A stretch of DNA of 64,000 bases from positions 6,348 to 70,347 of the forward strand of contig JBHOQK010000011.1 of the NCBI GenBank assembly GCA_042408205.1, written 5' to 3'. The notes under the pieces are model-generated. The model was not told the DNA's origin and searched no databases. It saw only the letters and a list, made by a program, of their open reading frames with translations. This DNA comes from Dehalococcoidia bacterium (lineage in GTDB: Bacteria; Chloroflexota; Dehalococcoidia; GIF9; DYGU01). Both the position numbers and the translations under genes were made by a program. Below, one piece after another: positions 28,721-39,238 of this stretch; the first letter of the stretch is position 1; each line of letters opens with the position of its first letter.

Positions 28721-28729
28721 GAGGTGAAG

Positions 28730-29206
28730 ATGCCTTTAGAGAAGTTGACTCAAGTTGGTCAAACTAAACCATGGTTTGGTGAAATTCCCGTATATGCCCA
28801 ATATACTTTCGGTATTGCTGGGGAAAGGTTCTTCCGAGAGATTAAAGATAATGGCAGAATTATGGGGGCAAAATGTGACAAATGTAACCTTGTTTATCTC
28901 CCACCTAGGATTTATTGCGAGCGTTGTTTTAGCGAGTTGACTGAATGGGTAGAAATACCAAATAAAGGCGTAGTTCATACTTTTAGTGTTTCCTATGTAG
29001 ATTTAGATGGCAACCGATTAAGCCAGCCAGTAATTATAGCTTTAGTCAAATTTGATGGCATTCATGGGGGGCTGGTACATCGCCTTGGGGAGATAGAACC
29101 GGAAAAGGTAAAGATTGGCATGTCTGTGGAAATAGTCTTTAAGCCTAAAGGCGAGAGAAATGGTTCAATTCTTGACATAAAATACTTCAAACCACAAGCA
29201 AAATAA
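28730..29206 (+). CDS. DUF35 OB-fold/Zn-ribbon protein, copy 2.
   Basis: The ribbon CDKCNLVYLPPRIYCERC is present. The ATG at 28730 with AGGAGG 6 nt upstream is preferred over the GTG at 28724. Confidence 0.7.
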   Translation: MPLEKLTQVGQTKPWFGEIPVYAQYTFGIAGERFFREIKDNGRIMGAKCDKCNLVYLPPRIYCERCFSELTEWVEIPNKGVVHTFSVSYVDLDGNRLSQPVIIALVKFDGIHGGLVHRLGEIEPEKVKIGMSVEIVFKPKGERNGSILDIKYFKPQAK

Positions 29207-29253
29207 CTTAGTAGCTACTATCCTTTCCTCTTTTTGATAACTGATAACGAATT

Positions 29254-30495
29254 ATGAAACGAAGGGTTGTCGTAACTGGTATGGGGATGGTTACCCCCTT
29301 AGGTATTGGGGTAGAAAAAAACTGGAAAGCTTTATGTGAAGGCAAATCAGGCATTGGTCCTATCACCCGTTTTGATGCGTCTTTTCTTAAATGCCAGGTA
29401 GCTGGGGAAGTTAAGGATTTCCACCCAGAAGACTTCATGGACAAAAAATTTATTCGAAGGTTTGACCCCTTTATTCAATATGCAGTAGCAGCATCCCGGA
29501 TGGCAGTAGAAGACGCCGGGCTTAAAATAGATGTCAGTAATCAAGATAGAGTTGGTGTGGTAATAGGAACTGCCTGTGGAGCTTGTTCTTCTTTCGAGAC
29601 CGCTCATAGCCTGATAGTTCAAGGAAGATATGGAGATGTTTCTCCCTTTTTTGTAGTCAATGCTTCAGGCAATTTAGTAGCTGGGGTAGTCGCCATCCAG
29701 TTTGGAGCTAGAGGTCCACATCATTGTCTCATGGAAGCTTGTGCTGCTGGGACTAACGCCATTGGCTTGGCTTTCAAACTTGTCCAGCAAGGGAAAGCCG
29801 ATGTGGTTATTGCGGGTGGTTCTGATGCCGGAATTACCCCTACTTGGTTTGCTTCTTTGGATGCTATTGGAGCCCACACTACTAAAAGAAATAAGCAACC
29901 TGAGAAAGCCTGTCGCCCCTTTGACAGGGACAGAGACGGTTTTATTACCAGTGAAGGGAGCGGGGTAGTCATTGTCGAAGCATTAGACATAGCTTTAAGA
30001 CGAGAAGCTAAAATTTATGGTGAAATTATTGGCTTTGGGAATAATTGTGATGCTTACCATTATACTTCTCCATCACCAGAAGGAGAGGTTCCAGCTAAAT
30101 GTATGAAGTTAGCTTTAGATGACGCAGGCATAAAGCCTGAAGAAGTAGATTATATTAATGCCCACGGCACCTCAACTATTCTTAACGATAAAGTCGAGAC
30201 TAAAGCCATAAAGAAGGTTTTCGGTGTTCACGCTAAGAAGTTACTCATCAGTTCCAATAAATCGATGATTGGGCATATGTGGGGGGCAGCTGGTGTTGTG
30301 GAGGCTATCTTTGCTTTACTCACCATAAAGCACGATATTGTCCCGCCAACTATCAACTATGAATTTCCTGACCCAGAATGTGATCTGGATTATGTGCCTA
30401 ATAAGGCAAGAAAAGCTAAAGTCAGGATAGCCCTTTCCAATTCTTTTGGTTTTGGTGGTATTAATGGATGTTTGGTTTTAAAGGAATTCCCCTAA
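29254..30495 (+). CDS. Beta-ketoacyl synthase of KAS I/II (FabF/FabB) type, with a complete catalytic triad.
   Basis: The Cys is in MEACAAGTNAIG. The two His residues are in AHGTST and GHMWGAAG. The C-terminal SFGFGGINGCLVL is typical of the family. The protein is 413 aa. Confidence 0.8.
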   Translation: MKRRVVVTGMGMVTPLGIGVEKNWKALCEGKSGIGPITRFDASFLKCQVAGEVKDFHPEDFMDKKFIRRFDPFIQYAVAASRMAVEDAGLKIDVSNQDRVGVVIGTACGACSSFETAHSLIVQGRYGDVSPFFVVNASGNLVAGVVAIQFGARGPHHCLMEACAAGTNAIGLAFKLVQQGKADVVIAGGSDAGITPTWFASLDAIGAHTTKRNKQPEKACRPFDRDRDGFITSEGSGVVIVEALDIALRREAKIYGEIIGFGNNCDAYHYTSPSPEGEVPAKCMKLALDDAGIKPEEVDYINAHGTSTILNDKVETKAIKKVFGVHAKKLLISSNKSMIGHMWGAAGVVEAIFALLTIKHDIVPPTINYEFPDPECDLDYVPNKARKAKVRIALSNSFGFGGINGCLVLKEFP

Positions 30496-30516
30496 TTTTT
30501 AGTGAGGTGAAAGACA

Positions 30517-31662
30517 ATGGACTTTGAATTAAAGGAGCATCACCTAGTTTTGAAAAAAATGGTACGAGATTTTGCTGAAAAGGAAATAGAGCCAGTGATA
30601 GCCGAATTTGACGAAGCTGAGAAATTCCCTCTGGAAATTATCCAGAAAATGGGTGATTTAGGGTTATTGGGTTTGCCTTTTCCCGAGGAATATGGAGGAG
30701 GTGGGGCTGACCATCTTTCCTATGTCATTCTACTTGAAGAGCTGGGTAGAGTAGATTTAGGGATAGCTTTAACAGTAGATGCTGATTGTACTTTAGCTGG
30801 CTTTCCCCTTAATCGTTTTGGCAACGAAGAACAGAAAAGAAAATGGCTCACCCCCTTAGCCCAAGGGAAAATTTTGGGTTGCTTTGGTTTAACCGAGCCA
30901 GGCGCTGGTTCCGATGCTGGTGGGGGTATGACTACTACAGCCACCTTACAAGGAGGAGAGTGGGTTATCAATGGCACTAAAGCCTTCATAACTAATGCCG
31001 GTGCCCCTAATTGTGCTTTTTGTGTTGTAGCCGCAGTAACTGGGAAACGCCCTGATGGAAAAAAGGAAATAAGTAATTTCATTGTCCCTCATGGAACACC
31101 AGGTTTTTCTATTTCTAAACCTTACCGAAAGTTAGGTTTCCGAACTTCCGACACCAGAGAGCTTTCCTTTGATAATTGTCGAATACCTAAGGAGAACTTA
31201 TTGGGGGAAAGGGGAGCCGGCTTCCGACAATTCTTAACTACTCTTGACGAAGGGCGACTGACTATCGCGGCGATGAGTGTGGGTGCAGCTCAGCGCTGCC
31301 TTGAGCTATCCACAAAATATGCTAAGGAAAGAGTTCAGTTTGGGCAACCTATCTTTAACTTCCAAGCTATTCAGTTTAAGCTTTCAGATATGGCAATGAA
31401 TGTAGAATTAGCTCGTCTGATAACTTATAAGGCTGCCTGGCTTGAAGACCAGAATAAACCCTTTACCAAAGAGGTAGCTATGGCAAAACTTTTTGCTTCT
31501 GAAATAGCCCAGAAGGCAGCTGCTGACGCTATTCAAATTCATGGAGGAATTGGCTTTACTAAAGAATATCCGTTGGAGAGATTTTACCGAGACTGCCGAT
31601 TATTAACTATTGGTGAAGGAACCTCTGAAATTATGCGCTTAATAATTGCCCGCTACCTTTAA
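30517..31662 (+). CDS. Acyl-CoA dehydrogenase (FAD).
   Basis: ACAD N-, middle and C-domains are present. The catalytic Glu lies in IGEGTSEI near the C-terminus. The protein is 381 aa. Confidence 0.85.
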   Translation: MDFELKEHHLVLKKMVRDFAEKEIEPVIAEFDEAEKFPLEIIQKMGDLGLLGLPFPEEYGGGGADHLSYVILLEELGRVDLGIALTVDADCTLAGFPLNRFGNEEQKRKWLTPLAQGKILGCFGLTEPGAGSDAGGGMTTTATLQGGEWVINGTKAFITNAGAPNCAFCVVAAVTGKRPDGKKEISNFIVPHGTPGFSISKPYRKLGFRTSDTRELSFDNCRIPKENLLGERGAGFRQFLTTLDEGRLTIAAMSVGAAQRCLELSTKYAKERVQFGQPIFNFQAIQFKLSDMAMNVELARLITYKAAWLEDQNKPFTKEVAMAKLFASEIAQKAAADAIQIHGGIGFTKEYPLERFYRDCRLLTIGEGTSEIMRLIIARYL

Positions 31663-31673
31663 TTTTGTGAAAG

Positions 31674-33635
31674 TTACTCTTTACTTAACTCTTCCTTTAT
31701 CCTCTCATAAAAGTCTAGTGATTCAGGATTAATTAAGGCATCTCGGTTTGTCACTGGTCTATTATGCAAAATATTAGTAACGGCACTTTCTACCTTTTTC
31801 ATATTGAAGGTATACGGAATATCTGGTACTGCAATTATCTTAGCTGGAACATGTCTTGGAGAAGCTTTCTCTCGTAGAGTTTTTTTAATCTTGTTTTCCA
31901 AATCTGGTGTTAGCTGGGAGCCAGCAGCTAATTTGACAAAAAGGATGATACGCTGATCCCCCTCCCAGCTTTGCCCTATAGCTAAACTATCAACAATTTC
32001 CGGTAGCCCTTCGACAACACTGTATATTTCGGCAGTACCTATTCGAACACCGGAAGGCTTCAACACCGAATCAGAACGCCCATAAAAAGTAATACCTCCA
32101 GTATCACTATGGATTAAAATATAATCGCCATGGCGCCAAACATTAGGATAAAACTCAAAATAAGCTGCCCTATATTTACTCCCATCAGGGTCATTCCAAA
32201 AATAAAGGGGCATAGACGGAGCCGCAGCTTCACAGACCAGCTCCCCTTCTTGGTCAAGGACAGAGTTGCCTTTCTCATCATAAGCTTTGATTTTCATGCC
32301 TAAAGCTGGACCCTGGAGTTCGCCAGCATATACCGGTTGAATAGGAGTCCCAGCAGCAAAACAGCCATTAATATCAGTACCACCCGAGATTGAATTAAAA
32401 TGCAGGTCTTTCTTGACTTCTTGATATATCCACTCAAAGCCTTCAGCTGAAAGGGGCGAACCTGTTTGCGATATTTCTTTTAAGGAAGATAAGTCGTAAT
32501 TCTGGGCTGGCTTAAACTTTTCACTCCTAAGAAAGTTAATATAACTGGCGCTACAGCCGAACATCGTCACCTTTTCGTCTTGAATTAATTTCCACATAGC
32601 ACCAGGGTCAGGATAATTAGGGTTACCATCATACAAGACTATAGTATTCCCTGTCGCCAGAGAACTTAACATCCAGTTCCACATCATCCAGCTACAGGTG
32701 GTTATGTAAAAATGAACGTCTTCCCGTTTTAAGTCAGTATGGATTATCAATTCCTTCAGGTGATTGATAAGAACCCCGGCAGCACCCTGAACCATACATT
32801 TGGGCTTACCTGTAGTCCCGGAAGAAAACATGATATACACAGGATGGTCTGAGGGTAATTGCTCAAATTCAATCTCAGGGGTTTTTCCTTTAGCTAAAAA
32901 ATCCTCCCAATGTATAGAGTTAGGAATGAAACTGATATCAGGTTTTTCTTCCCCATATTGAACTACTACAACTTTTTCAATCGACGGTATTGCCTTAACA
33001 ATTTCAGCAGCATTGGAAAGGGTATTAAAACGCTTCCCTTTATAATAATATCCATTAACTGTGAACAAAACCTTAGGTTCGATTTGACCAAAGCGGTCTA
33101 TGGCTGCTGCCGGACCGATATCAGTAGCGCAAGAAGACCATATAGCCCCTACGCTGGTACTGGCAAGCATAGCCGCAGCTGTTTCTATCATATTAGGCAT
33201 ATAGGCAGCTACTCTGTCCCCAGGCTGAACTCCCATTTGACGTAAAGATTTGGCTAAACGGGCAACCAAATCATAAAGCTCAGCATAACTTATCTTTTTA
33301 GTTATTTGTGTTTCACCTCTAAATATAAAAGCAGTGTGGTCATCTCTATATCTGAGAAGATTTTCAGCGAAGTTTAACTTTGCCCCAATAAACCATTGGG
33401 CTCCAGGCATTTTGTAAACATTGTCAACAACAACATCATACTTCCGAGACGCTTTTATCCCCACGAAGTCCCATATTGAAGCCCAAAAGTCAGGTATTTT
33501 TTCTATTGACCATTGGTAGAGCTCAGGGTAAGTGCGAAAATTTTTTCCATATCGTTTATTTACGAAATTAATATATTTGGTTATATTTGCTTGCTTTTTT
33601 CGTTCTTCAGACGGCTCCCAAAGTAACTTACCCAT
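31674..33635 (-). CDS. Acetoacetyl-CoA synthetase (acetoacetate--CoA ligase).
   Basis: The ~650-aa length, the characteristic N-terminus (LWEPSEERKKQANITKYINFVNKRYG...YPELYQWSIEKIPDFW) and the AMP-binding motif SSGTTGKPK support the call. Confidence 0.8.
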   Translation of the reverse strand: MGKLLWEPSEERKKQANITKYINFVNKRYGKNFRTYPELYQWSIEKIPDFWASIWDFVGIKASRKYDVVVDNVYKMPGAQWFIGAKLNFAENLLRYRDDHTAFIFRGETQITKKISYAELYDLVARLAKSLRQMGVQPGDRVAAYMPNMIETAAAMLASTSVGAIWSSCATDIGPAAAIDRFGQIEPKVLFTVNGYYYKGKRFNTLSNAAEIVKAIPSIEKVVVVQYGEEKPDISFIPNSIHWEDFLAKGKTPEIEFEQLPSDHPVYIMFSSGTTGKPKCMVQGAAGVLINHLKELIIHTDLKREDVHFYITTCSWMMWNWMLSSLATGNTIVLYDGNPNYPDPGAMWKLIQDEKVTMFGCSASYINFLRSEKFKPAQNYDLSSLKEISQTGSPLSAEGFEWIYQEVKKDLHFNSISGGTDINGCFAAGTPIQPVYAGELQGPALGMKIKAYDEKGNSVLDQEGELVCEAAAPSMPLYFWNDPDGSKYRAAYFEFYPNVWRHGDYILIHSDTGGITFYGRSDSVLKPSGVRIGTAEIYSVVEGLPEIVDSLAIGQSWEGDQRIILFVKLAAGSQLTPDLENKIKKTLREKASPRHVPAKIIAVPDIPYTFNMKKVESAVTNILHNRPVTNRDALINPESLDFYERIKEELSKE

Positions 33636-33651
33636 AATATTCTCTCCTCCT

Positions 33652-34203
33652 TCACAAATCTAGTTCTGAAGCAACAGCTTTCATTGCTTCTAATCCTAAA
33701 CCTAGGAATTCTTCCAAGTCAAGTCCAATTTCACGACACAAGGCAATTTGCTCCCGATTAGCTCCAGCAGCAAAACGTTTTTCAGAAAAACGCTTTTTTA
33801 CTGATTCTAAAGTTAACCCGGCTAACTTTCTATCAGGGCGAACCAAAGCAGCAGCAATTATTAGCCCGGTTAACGGATCGGCACAGAAAAGAGCTTTGTC
33901 TAATTTTGTCATTAAAGGAATCCCATGAGCTTCATTATGACGTAAAATAGCGTTGACTATGGTTTCATCAACCCCTAACTGCCGAAGCCATTCAGCACCA
34001 ACTTTACTATGACTCTTCGGATCACCCTCAGTAGCTTCAACATCAATATCATGGAGCAATCCTGTCAGCCCCCATTCTGGTTCACTTTCATTCAAGCGTC
34101 GAGCTAAAGCTTTCATAACAGCTTCAGTAGCTAACATGTGTTTTATCAAGTTCTGATTACGGACACGAGTCTTAACATAGGTTAAAGCTTCTTCTCGGGT
34201 CAT
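33652..34203 (-). CDS. HD/HDIG-domain phosphohydrolase.
   Basis: The motif ...LLHDIDVE with upstream His is present. The protein is 183 aa. Confidence 0.6.
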   Translation of the reverse strand: MTREEALTYVKTRVRNQNLIKHMLATEAVMKALARRLNESEPEWGLTGLLHDIDVEATEGDPKSHSKVGAEWLRQLGVDETIVNAILRHNEAHGIPLMTKLDKALFCADPLTGLIIAAALVRPDRKLAGLTLESVKKRFSEKRFAAGANREQIALCREIGLDLEEFLGLGLEAMKAVASELDL

Positions 34204-34210
34204 TTCTTAT

Positions 34211-37087
34211 TTAGACTCCTGAAGAATAGACCTTTTCTTTTAGTATTTGGCGCAGGTAATATCCAGTAAGAGAGGTTTCTACTTGGGCAACTTCTTCAGG
34301 TGTTCCTGTAGCTATGACATAGCCGCCTTCATCACCAGCGCCCGGACCAAGGTCAATAATGTAGTCAGCATTCTTAATTACATCGGGGTGATGCTCAATA
34401 ATAATGACTGTATTACCACTATCAACCAAGCGGTGGAGCACATTAAGCAGGCAAGCTACATCGGCAAAAGACAATCCTGTAGTTGGTTCATCAAGAATAT
34501 AAAGAGTTTTCCCAGTAGCCCGACGGGATAGTTCTGTAGCTAACTTCACTCTTTGGGCTTCGCCTCCGGAAAGGGTGGGTGCCGGCTGTCCTAATTTAAT
34601 ATAACCTAAACCAACATCATGAAGCGTTTGGAGTTTACTTTTAATCTGAGGAAAATTTTCAAAAAAGGCGAGAGCTTCATCAACACTCATATCCAAGATG
34701 TCAGCAATGTTCTTGCCTTTAAATCTGATTTCCAGAGCTTCCCGGTTATAGCGTTTACCCTTACATACCTCGCAGGGAACGGTAACGTCAGGGAGGAATT
34801 GCATTTCAATTTGCACATAACCCTCCCCTTGGCAAGCTTCACAGCGTCCTCCCTTAACATTGAAGGAAAAGCGACCTGGTAGATAGCCACGCATTCGGGA
34901 CTCAGGAAGAGTAGCAAAAAGTTCCCGAATAGGGGTAAAAGCCCCAGTATAGGTAGCTGGATTACTTCGGGGAGTTCGCCCGATAGGTGATTGGTCAATA
35001 TTGATTACTTTATCAATATGTTCAATACCAGTAATACGGTCAAACTTCCCAGGTCGGTCTTTAGCTCCATAAAATATTTGAGCTAATTTCTTATAAAGAA
35101 CTTCGTTAATCAAAGTACTTTTGCCGCTGCCTGATACGCCAGTGATACAGACAAACCTACCCAAAGGAATAGCAACATCAATCCCTTTCAAATTATTTTC
35201 CCGAGCTCCATAAATTGTCAGCCACTTACCCGAACCTGAACGACGTCTTTGGGGTAAAGAGATTTTTTTAGCCCCACTCAAATATTGCCCGGTCACAGAG
35301 TGAGGACAGTTCATGATATCCTGAATCGTCCCTGTAGCGACGACCCACCCTCCTTTTTCCCCAGCCCCTGGTCCTAGGTCAATAATATAATCAGCAGCCC
35401 TCATCACAGCTTCATCATGCTCCACCACAAGTATAGTATTTCCTAAATCTCTAAGCTTTTTCAGAGTGTCAATAAGTCTGGAAGCATCTGCTAGATGAAG
35501 CCCAACAGTCGGCTCATCACAAATATAAAGCACCCCCATAAGGCCGCTACCAATTTGAGTGGCTAATCTAATTCTCTGAGCCTCGCCGCCACTCAAGGTG
35601 CGGGAAGGACGGTCCAAAGTAAGATATCCTAAGCCTATATCTTTAAGGAAACCAAGGCGAGCCTCAATTTCCTTTAGAATCTGGTGAGCTATGGTTAGCT
35701 CTCGGGGAGTCAGGCGAGGTTTACCATCAGCCTCCCCAGTAAGAGACTTTATCCAATCTAAAGCTTCCCCTACAGAGAGAGCTGTTACATCCATAATATT
35801 TTTCCCATCTATAGTCACCGCTAAAGCTTCTGGTTTAAGTCTTTTTCCGTGACAGGCAGGGCAAGGATAAGAAGACATATAACGCTCAATATCCGCCCGA
35901 ACTGTCTCGGACTCTGTCTCTCGGTAGCGGCGTTCCAGGTAAGGAATGACACCTTCAAAATCCGTGTAATACTCGTGAATTCTACCATAGCGGTCTTCAT
36001 ATTTAGCTCGGACAGTTTCTCCCCCATTGCCATAAAGAATCAAACGAAGGATCCCAGGATTTAAGTCACGTACGGGTACAGAGAGAGAAAAACCATAGCG
36101 TCGGGCTAAAGATTCTAAAATACTCATATACCACAGGTTGGTAGAGCCATGTCGAACCCAGGGCTGAATGGCTCCTTCAGCTAAACTCAGATCTTTGTTA
36201 GGAATGACCAGCTCCGGGTCAATCTCCAGTTTACATCCGAGACCAGTGCAGGCAGGACAAGCCCCATGGGGGCTGTTAAAACTAAAAGTCCTCGGGGCGA
36301 TTTCCCCTATACTAACGCCACAATAGACACAAGCAAAATGTTCAGAAAAAAGCAATTCGGGTCCGTCTAAAATAGAGATCAAAACCACCCCACCACCTAA
36401 TTTCAAAGCTGTTTCCACAGAATCAGCGATCCGATTAGTATCCCCCCCTTGTCCAATTTGTAAACGGTCGACTACAGCTTCTATGGTATGCCTTTTGTTT
36501 TTATCCAGCTGAAACTCTTCGGAAAGATCATAAATACGCCCATCAATTCGAACTCGAACAAATCCGGCTTTCCTTAAGTCTTCAAAAACTGTCTGATGCT
36601 CACCTTTCCTGTCTTTGACTAATGGGGCTAAAATCATAATCCGACTTCCAGCGGGTATTTCTAAGACTGCATCCACAATTTGTTGTACCGTTTGTTTAGA
36701 AATTTGGCGACCACACTTAGGACAATGAGGTTTGCCGATGCGAGCAAAAAGAAGACGCAAATAATCATAAACTTCAGTTACCGTCCCCACAGTGGAGCGG
36801 GGATTATGGGGGGGTCCTTTCTGATCGATAGATATAGCCGGGCTCAATCCTTCAATATAATCCACATCCGGCTTTTCCATTTGTCCTAAAAATTGGCGAG
36901 CATAGGCAGACAAAGATTCTAAATAACGGCGCTGCCCTTCGGCATAAATAGTGTCAAAGGCTAAAGAGCTCTTCCCTGAACCAGAAACGCCAGTAATGAC
37001 CACCAGCTTATCTCGGGGAATAATCACATCTATATTTTTGAGGTTATGTTCCCTTGCCCCTTTGACAATAATACAATCTAAAGCCAT
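34211..37087 (-). CDS. uvrA: Excinuclease ABC subunit A.
   Basis: The canonical N-terminus ([57 protein letters not shown]) is present. There are two ABC modules and zinc fingers. The start is assigned to M at 37087 (MALDCII) by homology rather than to the ORF start at 37126. Confidence 0.9.
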   Translation of the reverse strand: MALDCIIVKGAREHNLKNIDVIIPRDKLVVITGVSGSGKSSLAFDTIYAEGQRRYLESLSAYARQFLGQMEKPDVDYIEGLSPAISIDQKGPPHNPRSTVGTVTEVYDYLRLLFARIGKPHCPKCGRQISKQTVQQIVDAVLEIPAGSRIMILAPLVKDRKGEHQTVFEDLRKAGFVRVRIDGRIYDLSEEFQLDKNKRHTIEAVVDRLQIGQGGDTNRIADSVETALKLGGGVVLISILDGPELLFSEHFACVYCGVSIGEIAPRTFSFNSPHGACPACTGLGCKLEIDPELVIPNKDLSLAEGAIQPWVRHGSTNLWYMSILESLARRYGFSLSVPVRDLNPGILRLILYGNGGETVRAKYEDRYGRIHEYYTDFEGVIPYLERRYRETESETVRADIERYMSSYPCPACHGKRLKPEALAVTIDGKNIMDVTALSVGEALDWIKSLTGEADGKPRLTPRELTIAHQILKEIEARLGFLKDIGLGYLTLDRPSRTLSGGEAQRIRLATQIGSGLMGVLYICDEPTVGLHLADASRLIDTLKKLRDLGNTILVVEHDEAVMRAADYIIDLGPGAGEKGGWVVATGTIQDIMNCPHSVTGQYLSGAKKISLPQRRRSGSGKWLTIYGARENNLKGIDVAIPLGRFVCITGVSGSGKSTLINEVLYKKLAQIFYGAKDRPGKFDRITGIEHIDKVINIDQSPIGRTPRSNPATYTGAFTPIRELFATLPESRMRGYLPGRFSFNVKGGRCEACQGEGYVQIEMQFLPDVTVPCEVCKGKRYNREALEIRFKGKNIADILDMSVDEALAFFENFPQIKSKLQTLHDVGLGYIKLGQPAPTLSGGEAQRVKLATELSRRATGKTLYILDEPTTGLSFADVACLLNVLHRLVDSGNTVIIIEHHPDVIKNADYIIDLGPGAGDEGGYVIATGTPEEVAQVETSLTGYYLRQILKEKVYSSGV

Positions 37088-37210
37088 TTCAAAGTTTATT
37101 GTAGCATGGGCTAAAGGGGGCAACAAGACAAAGAAGTTTCTCCCTAAACTAAACTAAGGCATAATTCGTTTATAAATGAATGCGAGCATCAACTTAAAGA
37201 GAGTATTAAG

Positions 37211-38488
37211 GTGAAAAAGGTAATATTGCTCCTGCTGGTATTAGTAATGTTATTTGGGCTATTGGGTTGTGGTCAACCAGTGTCAAGTGAGGTGTTATGG
37301 TCAGATAAACCACGGAATATCTCACCGGCAATAGATATGACTGAGCTAACAACTCTGGTGGACGGCAATAACACCTTTGCCTTTAATTTATATCAGGTAT
37401 TAAAACAAGCTGACGGTAACCTCTTTTATTCACCTTACAGTATATCCATGGCGCTGGCGATGACCTATGCGGGTGCTCGGGGGAAGACAGAAGAAGATAT
37501 GGCTAAAGCATTAAACTTCCGTTTGTCCCAGGACCGTCTACATCCAGCGTTTAATAACCTTGACCTTGAACTGAAACAGCGGGGTAAAGGAGCCAAAGGT
37601 AAAGATGGGGAAGGCTTTCGATTGCATATAGTCAATGCCATTTGGGGACAAAAAGACTATGGATTCGTAGCCGAATTTCTCGATATTTTAGCCCAGCACT
37701 ATGGAGCCGGGCTGAGGATATTAGACTTCGTTAGGGAAACAGAACAGTCCCGAATCACCATTAATAAATGGGTTAGTGACCAGACTGAAGGGAAGATTAA
37801 AGACCTGATTCCACCGGGGGGAATAAACCCTTTGACACGCCTTATCTTGACCAATGCAATTTATTTTAATGCCGCCTGGCAATATCCCTTCAACAAGGAT
37901 ACTACTTCTCAAGGCATGTTCCATCTCCTGAACGGGACCACAGTCCTGGTACCAATGATGAAGCAAACTCAATTCTTCCCCTATGCCGAAGATACTAATT
38001 ATCAGGCAGTTGAATTACCATATGATGGGCAGGAACTCTCTATGGTAATTTTGCTGCCCAAAGCCGGGCAGTTTGAAGCTTTTGAAAAATCTTTGAATGG
38101 GGAGTTTGTTAAAACAATCATCAATAAATTAAGAACACATCGAGTTGCCCTGACAATGCCTAAATTTGAGTATGAATCCAGCTTCAGTTTACGAAAAGCT
38201 CTCAGTGCTCTTGGTATGGAGATAGTTTTCACCCCAAACGCTGACTTTTCAGGTATGAATGGCAAGCATGACTTATTCATACACGATGTGCTACACAAAG
38301 CCTTCGTCTCTGTAGATGAAGCAGGAACTGAAGCAGCAGCGGCTACAGCAGTAATAATAGGAATAACGGCTGTGCCAAAACAGCCAATTCAAGTTACCAT
38401 TGACCGTCCTTTCTTCTTCCTTATCCGGGACATACCCACAGGTAGCATAATATTTGTGGGACGCGTCTTAAATCCAGCAGGTAAATAA
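37211..38488 (+). CDS. Serpin (serine protease inhibitor) with a lipoprotein signal peptide.
   Basis: The signal peptide ends in lipobox LLGCG. Serpin core motifs NAIYFNAAWQYPF are present. The inhibitory-type hinge GTEAAAATAV lies before the reactive loop, and the C-terminal PFFFLIRD is conserved. Confidence 0.8.
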   Translation: MKKVILLLLVLVMLFGLLGCGQPVSSEVLWSDKPRNISPAIDMTELTTLVDGNNTFAFNLYQVLKQADGNLFYSPYSISMALAMTYAGARGKTEEDMAKALNFRLSQDRLHPAFNNLDLELKQRGKGAKGKDGEGFRLHIVNAIWGQKDYGFVAEFLDILAQHYGAGLRILDFVRETEQSRITINKWVSDQTEGKIKDLIPPGGINPLTRLILTNAIYFNAAWQYPFNKDTTSQGMFHLLNGTTVLVPMMKQTQFFPYAEDTNYQAVELPYDGQELSMVILLPKAGQFEAFEKSLNGEFVKTIINKLRTHRVALTMPKFEYESSFSLRKALSALGMEIVFTPNADFSGMNGKHDLFIHDVLHKAFVSVDEAGTEAAAATAVIIGITAVPKQPIQVTIDRPFFFLIRDIPTGSIIFVGRVLNPAGK

Positions 38489-38610
38489 ACCGAGCAATAA
38501 AGCAAACTTTTTGGGGTCTTATTTGGTACCAAAGGCGACTTTCACCTTGTGGCGGACTTATGCTACTATTTTGTCAGTCTAAACAGACAAAAACTTAATG
38601 AGAGGGGTAA

Positions 38611-39235
38611 AGTGATTATTAAGACTTTAGTTGTTGGCCCTTTCGCTACCAATTGCTATATTATAGGTTGTGAACTAACAAAGAGAGGGGTGATTATTGA
38701 TCCGGGGGCTGAAGCCATTACTATTGTGAAAGCAGTAAGGCAGTTAGGGTTATCTATACCTTTAATTGCAGTGACTCATACTCATATAGACCATATTGGT
38801 GCGGTCAAGGCAGTTAAAGACGAACTTAAAGCTGAATTTGCCGTTCATCAAGCAGAAAGCAAAAGTATATTCCAAGCCCATTCCTGGATATTAAGCCCCT
38901 TTATTGGTGGTTCTTTCCAGCCACCTAAACCAGACAGGTTACTTAAGGACGGGGATATGATAACCGTAGGTGATTTGACTTTTTCAGTTCTCCATACCCC
39001 TGGTCACAGCCCCGGGGGCATCAGCCTTTGCGGGCATGGAGTAGTTTTCACAGGGGACACTTTGTTTAATTTTGGTATTGGTAGGACCGATTTTCCTGGC
39101 TGTAGTTATAAACAGCTAATGAAAAGTATTTACGATAAACTTATGGTTTTACCCGATGAAACCATCGTCTATCCAGGACATGGACCTTCAACTACTATTG
39201 GTAATGAGCGTCAAGCTAACCCCTTCCTTAGATAA
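38611..39235 (+). CDS. MBL-fold metallo-hydrolase (glyoxalase II-like).
   Basis: The metal-binding motif THTHIDHIG and downstream His/Asp ligands are present. The start is taken as GTG at 38611 after an RBS. The upstream part of the listed ORF lacks homology. Confidence 0.7.
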
Positions 39236-39238
39236 ACA

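Noticed and set aside
38549-38610. N-terminal 21 codons of the listed MBL-hydrolase ORF (MADLCYYFVSLNRQKLNERGK).
   Set aside because: This stretch has no homology to MBL-fold N-termini and no RBS. The GTG at 38611 with an upstream GAGAGGGG RBS begins the conserved VIIKTLVVGPF strand.
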